This document shows positions 19,440 to 27,900 of a DNA stretch of 64,000 bases, in pieces. The translations under genes and the position numbers were made by a program. The notes under the pieces were generated by a model. It ran no database searches, had not been told where the DNA came from, and saw only the letters and a program-made list of their open reading frames with translations. The DNA comes from a bacterium (lineage in GTDB: Bacteria > UBA10199 > 2-02-FULL-44-16 > JAAZCA01), in the NCBI GenBank assembly GCA_963674695.2, contig CAXXGI010000001.1:960001-1024000 (forward strand), read 5' to 3'. Position 1 is the stretch's first letter; every line of letters begins with the position of its first letter.

Positions 19440-19933
19440 CGAACCTCCCGGGTCATGACGACGGCGCTGATGAGCGCAAAGAGCGCGGCCAGCACCGACA
19501 GTTCCATGAAGGCCGAATCCAAAAACGTCGCAGCCAGGAGCGGCATGCCCTGAAACCCGCGCGGAAGCGGCGGCATCATCCCGGCCGATGGCGGCACGAA
19601 TGCCACGAGGATGAGCACCCCCAGATACGCGACCGCGATCACTCCGAGGACCGTGCCGAATCGAACGGACCGGCGCGAACACCGCTGCGCCTCCTGCGCC
19701 GAACCGTTTAGCGCGGCCGCGAAGATGGTCGCCCCACCGATGGCGACGAGCATGCAGGCGAGTGCGGCCATGCCATCGGCGAGCAGCGCCACGAGCCCCG
19801 CCGCCGCGATGAACGTCACCGCAAACCAACGCGCCCCGTCACGCAGCTCGCTGCGTGTCACCGCGGCAAAGGCCGCAACGACGACGATGGTCGCACAGAC
19901 GACGACAGCGATCCCCTCGACGATCGACGGCAC
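19436..19933 (-). CDS. nuoJ: NuoJ-like subunit (divergent)
   Basis: 165 aa, 5 hydrophobic segments, FMELSVLAALFALISAVVM; position between nuoH and nuoK. Confidence 0.7.
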   Translation of the reverse strand: MPSIVEGIAVVVCATIVVVAAFAAVTRSELRDGARWFAVTFIAAAGLVALLADGMAALACMLVAIGGATIFAAALNGSAQEAQRCSRRSVRFGTVLGVIAVAYLGVLILVAFVPPSAGMMPPLPRGFQGMPLLAATFLDSAFMELSVLAALFALISAVVMTREVR

Positions 19934-19943
19934 ATCCCCTCCT

Positions 19944-20876
19944 TCACCACAAGGTCATGAGGGCCAAGGCAACCCCCGTGACGAACAGGTTGATACATGC
20001 CAACGGCAGAAACCATCGACGCATGCGCTGCCATCTCGCCGATTCGCGCTGCGCATCGAGCCGGCGTTCGATCCAACCGATCGCTGCGCACAACGCCGCC
20101 GTCTTGATGACGAAGACGACGAGCCCGGCCCCCATGCTCCACGTGCCGATGGCCCAATCGAGCAACTGATGTCCTGCCACCGGGGTGGCGATGAGATGGC
20201 GCAGCGCCGCGCCATCCAGCGAGGGAATCGCCCAGCCGCCCAGAAAGAGCGTCGCTCCCCACGCGCCCAACACCACCAGCAACATGCCGTCGGCCATGCG
20301 GCGAAAGAAGACGGCTTCGCAAGCCACGGCGCCGGGCACACTGAATGCCCACAGCTGGGCGGCCCCGAAGAGAAAGAGCACAAACCCGATCGGCTGCACC
20401 ACGATACCCCAGCGGAGGAGATCGGCGCCGCCGACATCGAGCATGGCATGCAACCGCATCGATCCGTGCACCAGGGCAACCGCACCGGCGACGAAGAGCA
20501 GCGCAGCCCCTGCGGAGATCAGGCGCAGACGCTTGGCGGGCATCGTCTCGCCATCATCGGCAAGCGTTTGTGCAAACGCACTCGCCAGGATGAGCGCCAA
20601 AATGATCAGCGCGCTGCTGGGCAGATCGGCCAGCGGCGAGATGAAGGCAATCGCACCAATTGTCGTCGTCGCCATGAACGGCACGAGCCCGAGCGCGGCC
20701 GCCGCCGTCAGAAAGGCGATGACGGGAGCCAGCAGCGAGAACGCGGGAAGATCGCCGCTCGCATGTGCGCCCGCATATCGCGCACGCGTCATCCGACAGA
20801 CAGACCAGACGAGTCCGCTCGACGCCACGAGCAGGACGCCAACGGAAACGATCGCTTGGATGAATGCAGCCAACAT
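19944..20876 (-). CDS. nuoH: NuoH-like subunit lacking quinone-site loops
   Basis: WGIVVQPIGFVLFLF, TLFLGGW, FVIKT, WFLPLACINLFVTG; GAGG SD. Confidence 0.75.
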   Translation of the reverse strand: MLAAFIQAIVSVGVLLVASSGLVWSVCRMTRARYAGAHASGDLPAFSLLAPVIAFLTAAAALGLVPFMATTTIGAIAFISPLADLPSSALIILALILASAFAQTLADDGETMPAKRLRLISAGAALLFVAGAVALVHGSMRLHAMLDVGGADLLRWGIVVQPIGFVLFLFGAAQLWAFSVPGAVACEAVFFRRMADGMLLVVLGAWGATLFLGGWAIPSLDGAALRHLIATPVAGHQLLDWAIGTWSMGAGLVVFVIKTAALCAAIGWIERRLDAQRESARWQRMRRWFLPLACINLFVTGVALALMTLW

Positions 20877-20891
20877 CTCACATCCTCAATT

Positions 20892-21094
20892 CCCTCCCCC
20901 TTGTAAGGGGAGGGTCAGACTGCTGACAAAGTCTTCTCGCGCTGTCATTCCCGCGGGGGTAAGCGGGAATCTCGATTATCACAGCACGTCGAGATCCCCG
21001 CTTTCGCGGGGATGACAACGGCAGGGTTTGTCATCAATCTGGGTTAGGGTGGGGTAGATCGGGGACTCATGATCTACCTCCCCCCATCCCCTCT
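20892..21094. mobile_element. Nested element: CCCTCCCC-type palindromic repeat interrupted by a 126-bp MITE carrying a REP doublet
   Basis: Insert 20916-21041 with TIRs CAGACTGCTGACAAA / CAGATTGATGACAAA (reverse complement) and GGT duplicated at 20913-20915 and 21042-21044. Confidence 0.75.
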
Positions 21095-21939
21095 TACTGA
21101 ATCCCCCACTTGTCGAGCGTGCCGGGACTGGAATCGTTGACGATGCTATAGGTGACGCCATCTTCCTGCTGGGCCTGTAGCTTCAGAAACTCCTGCGCCG
21201 CCGCCCGGCCCTCGAAGCTCTTCTTGTCCTTCATCAGATCGCGATAGGTCCGCAGCGCTTCCTGGCGATAGGGCTCCGCGCGGATGAGCAGCTCGTCGGG
21301 GGCAATCGCGCTGTTGAACAGCACCCAGCTCCACTTGCGGTGCACAAACCAGACGTCTTCGTTCACGCGCGCCCAGAGGAGTCTGCCCCGACGGTTCCAC
21401 TCCCCCCTCGGTCGCCGTTTGAGAAAGGCCTTGATGCGCGGCAGCACCTTGTCGGGATGTCCGCGCACCTCGCGCAGCAGGGTGTAGAAATCGGCCTCGG
21501 CCGCCCAGGAGCTCTTCGGGAAATCGGAGAGGAGGCGACGATACTGCACACCTGTGTAGGGGATGTAGGTGATGGCGTGCTCATAGGCGAACGATCCCGA
21601 CCCAAAGCGCGCGTTCAACCCCTGCGCCTCGGCCTGCATGCAGGCGGGCGTGCGCGGCGCGCCCTTGGCCCAATAGCACTTCTTCTCCGCGCGTTCGGTG
21701 AGGCCATCCTGCAGCCGATCGAGCAGGCGCCCACAGAGTGCGAGCGCCTCGGGCGTACGCTTTTTCTCCTTCGGGTGCGCCTGCGCCCAGCGACAGATGA
21801 GCTCGGCGGCTTGCTCCGGCTGCGTCTTCATCAGGGCCTTGCCCTGATCCAGCTCGTCGGCCCCCGCCGGCGCCACCCAGAGAAAGGTGCCCACGAGGAG
21901 GCAACACACGATGCGAGCGATATCAGTGATCCGTTTCAT
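21094..21939 (-). CDS. Secreted helical/TPR-like protein within the nuo-like operon
   Basis: Signal peptide ending AGA-D; YRRLLSDFPKSSWAAEA resembles BamD/YbgF-type TPR; start overlaps the nuoA-like 3' end. Confidence 0.75.
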   Translation of the reverse strand: MKRITDIARIVCCLLVGTFLWVAPAGADELDQGKALMKTQPEQAAELICRWAQAHPKEKKRTPEALALCGRLLDRLQDGLTERAEKKCYWAKGAPRTPACMQAEAQGLNARFGSGSFAYEHAITYIPYTGVQYRRLLSDFPKSSWAAEADFYTLLREVRGHPDKVLPRIKAFLKRRPRGEWNRRGRLLWARVNEDVWFVHRKWSWVLFNSAIAPDELLIRAEPYRQEALRTYRDLMKDKKSFEGRAAAQEFLKLQAQQEDGVTYSIVNDSSPGTLDKWGIQ

Positions 21940-22321
21940 CGATTCCCCCTTCTTCAAAGAGATCATCATCCGTGCGGACCGGACGGGCACCGGCCAGGGC
22001 CCGAGGGACACAGCCGATGGCGACGAGCAGCAGCGCGACAAGGCCCGCGATGAGGACGACGTGGAGCAGGGCCGCTATCGCGTTCTCCCCCTCGGACTGC
22101 AGGATGAGCCCCGAGGCCGCTGGAATGAGCGCCAGGGCGATGAGGCCCAGAAACGCCAAACCCGCAGCGCCCAGCACCGCCGCATCTGTGCGCGGCGAGG
22201 GCAGCAGACCCGGAGCGGGCGACGACGACGCCCGCCGACGGCGCATCCGCACAACAAACACCAGGGCGATGAGCGCCGAAATGACCATCCACACGAAATA
22301 CGCCAGACCGTTGGATTCCAT
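21923..22321 (-). CDS. NuoA-like 3-TM protein (highly divergent)
   Basis: About 132 aa, TM-loop-TM-TM topology with LALIP ending TM2; first gene of the cluster; lacks YECG and FDVE. Confidence 0.5.
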   Translation of the reverse strand: MESNGLAYFVWMVISALIALVFVVRMRRRRASSSPAPGLLPSPRTDAAVLGAAGLAFLGLIALALIPAASGLILQSEGENAIAALLHVVLIAGLVALLLVAIGCVPRALAGARPVRTDDDLFEEGGIDETDH

Positions 22322-22482
22322 AAAAGTGAAGTGTTGTTCAGAGGTTAACCGTCGCGGCAGTGTACCAGGCACGGCCCGCCATGACAACCCCAACCCGAGC
22401 GGCGGCGCCGACCTCAACCCCCATTTTCATTGAACTGCCGGTGCGTTTCGGCTACGCCGTCTGAACACCATAAGGGGGTTTT

Positions 22483-24834
22483 TTGTTTCGAACGCGCCAC
22501 ACCATAATCGTCCTGGGTTTTGCCCTCTTCGCGATGTTCTTCGGGGCAGGAAATCTCATCTTCCCCCCGGCGCTCGGGCGCCTCTTCGGCGATGGGTTCT
22601 CCTGGGCGGCGATCGGCTTTTTGCTCACGGGCGTGGGCCTCCCGCTCATGGGCGTGATGGCGGTCGCCAAGGCCGAGGGCGGCATCGACCGGATCGCGGC
22701 ACGCCTCGACCCTCGAATCGCCAAGCTCCTCTCCATCATCGTCATGCTCGCGATCGGCCCGTTTCTGGCCATCCCGCGCACAGCGGCCACCACCTTTGAG
22801 CTCGGCATCGCGCCCAACCTCCCCTGGCTGGGACTCGCCCCTTTCTCCGTCATCTACTTCGTCGTGGTCCTCTTCTTCGCCCTCAATCCGCTGTCGGTGG
22901 TCGATCGGATCGGAAAGATCCTCACCCCGCTGCTCTTGGCCGCACTCCTGGCCCTGATCTTCAAGGGACTGGCCCACCCCATCGCCGCACCGATCGCGGG
23001 CGCCACACCCCACCCCTTCGGAACCGGGCTCATCGAGGGGTATCAGACGATGGACCTGATGGGCGCGGTGATCTTCGGCATCATCATCTTGAACGAACTG
23101 CGCAGTAAAGGGGTCTTCGAAAAAAGCCTGCAGATGAAGAGCATCGTGCGCGCGGGGCTCATCTCGGCAGGAGGACTGGCCGTCGTCTACGGGGGGCTGG
23201 TCTACCTCGGCGCCACCACCAGCGCCACCATCGGCGAAATGTCGCGCACCCAGCTGCTGCTCTTCATCGCCCATGAACTCTTCGGCCGCGGCGGCGGCAT
23301 CGTCCTGGGTCTGGCCGTCTCGATGGCCTGCCTGACCACCGCCATCGCGCTCACCGTCGTCTGCGGGGAATACTTCAACAAGCTCTCCTTCGGGCGACTG
23401 AGCTACCGCACCGTCTGTCTCGTCGTAGCGGGCTTGAGTCTCGTCTTCGCCAACTTCGGTCTCGAGCAGATCATTGCGCTGGCCGTGCCGCCGTTGGTGG
23501 CGCTCTATCCCGTCGTGATGGTCCTGGTGATCCTCTCGCTCCTGAGCCCGCGCCTTTCCAACCGCAACCTCTGGCGCGGCGCGGTGGCGGGCGCCTTCGC
23601 CGCGGGGCTTATCAAGGCGATCCACATCGCCCAGATCGGCAACGAGCACGTCGATGCGCTCTTCGATCTGATCCCCTTGACCGACCACGGCCTGGGTTGG
23701 GTCCTGCCGACCGTCGCCCTCGGGTTTGCCGGGTCGCTCATCCGCGAACGCGAGGACGAGCATTTTCGCGTGCTGGTCCTCTGCCCCAGCCAGCTCGAAA
23801 CCCGCGTGGCGATCTATGACGACACCATGCCGGTCTTCGAGTCCCGCGTCCCCCACAACCTGGACCGAGCGATGGATACCTCTGAACGCATTGCGGAGCT
23901 GAACTCGCTCAAGGAACACCTGCGCGATCGCCTCTCGCAGGAACACATCGATCTGTCGACCGTGAATGCCGTGGTCGCGCGCGGAGGATTCGTGCATCCG
24001 CTTCCGGGTGGCGTCTACCGCATCGCCGAACCGATGGTGCGCGATCTGGCCGAACACGCCTGGCGCCACCACCCCTCGAACTGGGGGGCGGCTATCGCCT
24101 TCGAGATTGCCAACGAAAACGATATCGACGCCTATATCGTCGATCCGGTCGTGGTCGACGAGATGGACGAGATCGCGCACCTGCTCGGGCTGCCCGACAT
24201 GCGGCGCTCCTCCATCTTTCACGCCTCCAGCCAGAAGCAAACCGCACGTCGCATCGCCAAGAACCTCTGGAAGAGCTACGACCGCATCAACGTCATCATC
24301 GCCCACCTGGGCGAGGGGACTTCCGTCGGTGCCCACCGCAAGGGGCGCGTGGTCGATGTGAACAACGCCCTCGACGGCGATGGGCCGTTTTCGATGCTCA
24401 ACGCGGGAAGCCTCCCCACCGTCGATGTCGTGCGCCTCTGTTTCGAAGAGGGCGCCAGCCAAGAAGCGGTCCTCGCCCGTATCCGCAGTCATGGGGGACT
24501 GGCCGCCCACTTGGGCACGGCCGATGCGGAGGTGATCTGTGCGCGCGTGGCCTCGGGCGATACCAAGGCCTGCGAAGCGATCGAAGCCATGGCCTATCAG
24601 ACGGCGAAATGGATCGGCGCGATGAGCATCCCGCTCGATGGCCGTGTGGATGGCATCGGCATCACGGGCGACCTCGCCGCCTGCCCGGAGCTCACCCGCG
24701 CTATCCGCAAACGCGTACGTCACCTCGCCCCTGTCTTCATCTTTCCGAACGACTCGGAGACACACGCACTCGTCGGAGGCGTGCTGCGCGCCCTGCGCGG
24801 CGAAGAGGAAGTGCGGGAGTATGAACCGCTGTAA
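22483..24834 (+). CDS. BrnQ branched-chain amino acid carrier fused to a butyrate kinase-like domain
   Basis: N-terminal GFALFAMFFGAGNLIFPP, IGPFLAIPRTA, GYQTMD, ACLTTA; C-terminal VDPVVVDEM, AHLGEGTSVGAHRKGRVVDVNNALDGDGPFS; one frame; TTG start uncertain. Confidence 0.9.
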   Translation: MFRTRHTIIVLGFALFAMFFGAGNLIFPPALGRLFGDGFSWAAIGFLLTGVGLPLMGVMAVAKAEGGIDRIAARLDPRIAKLLSIIVMLAIGPFLAIPRTAATTFELGIAPNLPWLGLAPFSVIYFVVVLFFALNPLSVVDRIGKILTPLLLAALLALIFKGLAHPIAAPIAGATPHPFGTGLIEGYQTMDLMGAVIFGIIILNELRSKGVFEKSLQMKSIVRAGLISAGGLAVVYGGLVYLGATTSATIGEMSRTQLLLFIAHELFGRGGGIVLGLAVSMACLTTAIALTVVCGEYFNKLSFGRLSYRTVCLVVAGLSLVFANFGLEQIIALAVPPLVALYPVVMVLVILSLLSPRLSNRNLWRGAVAGAFAAGLIKAIHIAQIGNEHVDALFDLIPLTDHGLGWVLPTVALGFAGSLIREREDEHFRVLVLCPSQLETRVAIYDDTMPVFESRVPHNLDRAMDTSERIAELNSLKEHLRDRLSQEHIDLSTVNAVVARGGFVHPLPGGVYRIAEPMVRDLAEHAWRHHPSNWGAAIAFEIANENDIDAYIVDPVVVDEMDEIAHLLGLPDMRRSSIFHASSQKQTARRIAKNLWKSYDRINVIIAHLGEGTSVGAHRKGRVVDVNNALDGDGPFSMLNAGSLPTVDVVRLCFEEGASQEAVLARIRSHGGLAAHLGTADAEVICARVASGDTKACEAIEAMAYQTAKWIGAMSIPLDGRVDGIGITGDLAACPELTRAIRKRVRHLAPVFIFPNDSETHALVGGVLRALRGEEEVREYEPL

Positions 24835-24836
24835 AC

Positions 24837-24988
24837 AGTTCGATGGTCCGACGGTTCGTCGGTTCGTCGGTTACAGCGTTTCAATCCTGTGATAGAGCGT
24901 CAAATTCGATCGAACCATCGAACCATCGAACCATCGAACCATCGAACCATCGAACCATCGAACCATCGAACCATCGAACCATCGAACC
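24837..24988. repeat. Octamer array ATCGAACC x10 (24909-24988) with degenerate inverted arm
   Basis: Ten perfect units ending 1 bp before ATG 24990; upstream agttcgat ggtccgac ggttcgtc ggttcgtc. Confidence 0.95.
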
Positions 24989-24989
24989 C

Positions 24990-27900
24990 ATGCACACACT
25001 CGGCATCGACATCGGATCCATCTCGCTCAAACTCGCGCTCATCGACGAGAAGGATGAAGTCTGTTTCAGCCGTTGGCAACGGGTCGCCGGCACGCCGATC
25101 CCGGTGCTGCGCGCGCTGCTTTCCGAACTGATCGCCGAATATCCCGACACCGTCATCGACGCCATCGGCGTGACCGGCAGCGGGCGCGAGCTGATCACAG
25201 CACCGCTCGGTGCCCACTCCGTCAACGAGATCACCGCACAGGCGCGCGCCTGCGCGCTGATCACCCCTGAGGCGCGCACGATCATCGAGATCGGCGGCCA
25301 GGATTCGAAACTCATCATCTTCGAGAATGACGAGAGCCGCGACATCCGCGAGTTCCGCATGAACGAGCTGTGCGCGGCGGGCACCGGCGCTTTTCTCGAT
25401 CAGCAGGCCGCGCGCTTGGGCCTTTCCATCGAGCGCTTTGCGCAACAGGCAGCCGATGCGACCGACCCGGTCCCGATCGCCGGTCGATGCGCGGTCTTTG
25501 CCAAGACCGACATGACCCACCATCAGCAGGAGGGTCGCTCCATCCCGGACATCGTGGCCGGCCTCAACGAAGCGCTCGTGCGCAGCTATCTGGCCGGGCT
25601 TGTGCGCGGTGCCGTACTTCCGCGCCCGATCGCCTTCCAGGGAGGAGTCGCCTCCAACGCCGGACTCGTCTCCGCCTTTCAGCGTCTTCTCGGAATCACC
25701 TCCGAGGAATTCATCGTCCCGGCGACCCATCGCGTTATGGGCGCCATCGGCGCCGCACACCTCGCTTCGGAGCAGACCATCGACCGAAAGACCACCCCCG
25801 AAAACATATTGCTCGTCGTCGAGGGGATCGAGGAGGGCGAACCCACGGAATCGATCGGCAGACCCATGGAGCCCCTGGTTCCCCTCGCACCACAGCCCAT
25901 CGCACCAGATTTTTCCCCCCTCGACCTGGATGGGGCCTACCTGGGAATCGACATCGGATCGGTCTCGGTCAAATTCGTCGTCATCGACCGCACGGGCGTG
26001 CGGCACAGCGACTATCGTTTCTCCGATGGGCGCCCCTTTGAAACGCTCAGGCCCATGCTCACGGAACTCGCTGAACGCCGCGCGGGACACCCCTTTTCCG
26101 GCGTCGGCATCACCGGCAGCGGCCGCGAATTCATCGGACGACTCATCGGTGCCGATGTCATTCAGAACGAGATCACCGCGCAGGCAGCAGCAGCGGCATT
26201 CCTCTTGCCGAACGTGGACACGGTCGTCGAGATCGGCGGACAGGATGCAAAGTTCATGCGATTGACGGGCGATCGCGCCGCACACTTCGCGATGAATCGC
26301 GTCTGCGCTGCCGGCACGGGCGCCTTTCTGCAAGAACAGGCCGCACGTCTGGGAATCGACCTGAAGCAAGATTTTGCACGCGAAGCGTTCGCAAGTTCTG
26401 CACCCGCTACGCTTGGCGAACGCTGTACCGTCTTCATGGAATCGGATCTGGTCTCCCATCAACAACGCGGTGCCAACAAGCGCGACTTAATCGCAGGGCT
26501 CGCCCTGAGCGTGGTGCAAAACTATCTCGATAAAGTTGTTTCCGGTCATCCCTGCGGAGAACGCATCCTCTTTCTCGGCGGAGTGGCGGAAAACCGCGCG
26601 GTTGCTGCCGCCCTTGAGCGCATGATCGGAAAGACGGTCACCACCTCAACCCTGGGAACGATTTCGGGCGCCATCGGTGCAGCGCTCGCGGCATTTCATG
26701 CACGGCGCGCCGAAGCATTCTCCGAGAGCCGCTTTCGCTTTGACGCGCTGGCCGTCGAGATCGAAACCTTCACCTGCGAGGAATGCCCAAACCGCTGTCG
26801 CATCATGCGCATTCGGGGCGGGCGCGATGAGACCATGGGCGGACGCTGTGGGCGATGGGATGCCTCGGCCGCACCGAAGACGACGCCGGGATTCAACGGC
26901 GTCATCGAACGGTGGAAGGTGATGGAACAGAATCCGTCACACGTGACCCGTGATCGACAAACGCCAGCCGTTCCGTCCACGGTTCACCGTTCACGGTTCA
27001 CGAAGATCGGCATTCCCCGCGCGCTGCTCGCCTTCGACCTTCTGCCCGCCTGGCGCAGCTTCTTCGAAGCACTCGGGTGCGAGATCGTCCTCTCGCCGCC
27101 AACGGATGCCAAACTCCTGGCCGACGGGATGCGCTCTCTCGTCGTGGAGACCTGCCTCCCCATGAAAGCGTTCTGCGCGCACGTCGACTGGCTCGATCGC
27201 AACGGCGACATCGATTTCCTCTTCGCTCCTTCGATCATCATCACCGAACGCGACCGACATGGACGACACACCACCCATTGCCCGTACATCTTCTCGCTTC
27301 CGCAGTTCGCCCAATCCGCCTGTCATGTGCCGATGCTCAAGCCGGCGATCAATTGGATGCACCATCCGCGCGATGAAGTGCTCGCGATGGAAGATGTTGC
27401 ACGAACGCTCGGCCGCTCTCGTCAGGAGGGTCGGTGCGCATGGGAGAAGGCCTGTGCCGTACAGGAGGAAACGCGCGCGCAGCTTCATCGCATCGGCACG
27501 GAGCAGCTCGCCGCTTTGTGCGCGAAAACAACGGACCGCGCTTTTCTGCTCATCGGAAAGGATTACACCCTCGCCGACGGCGCGCTCTCCTCAGACATCG
27601 CCACGCTCATCGCTGATCGGGGCGAGGTCGTTCTCACACAGGACATGTGCATCGATGATTCGGGCCAATACAGCGCGGCCTATGAATCGATGTACTGGCA
27701 CCATGGCAAGGAGATCCTCGCTGCCGCCGAGCTCTGTGCGCGCACGCCGAATCTCCATCCGGTCATCATCACGAGCTTTGGGTGTGGGCCGGATTCATTC
27801 ACGCTGCGCTTTGTGCGCGACATTCTGAAGAACACGCCGCACCTCGTCCTTGAAGTCGATGAACACAGCTCTGCTGTGGGCATGGCCACGCGCTTCGAGG

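Noticed and set aside
13783-20876. Mrp antiporter or hydrogenase-4 membrane module
   Set aside because: Gene order H-J-K-L-M-N and residual motifs are Nuo-type; no MrpE/F/G or hydrogenase subunits; the charged residues those systems need are missing
22414-24765. 783-aa minus-strand ORF
   Set aside because: Antisense shadow of the brnQ-buk fusion
24909-24988. Possible CRISPR array (also 29182-29244 and 15273-15364)
   Set aside because: Contiguous 7-8 bp units with no spacers and no cas genes
24843-24989. N-terminal extensions with peptide repeats (IEPSNHRT; also YELRVTS at nuoM/nuoN and FTVHCSL at 29155-29250)
   Set aside because: Artefacts of reading through DNA tandem arrays upstream of the true starts
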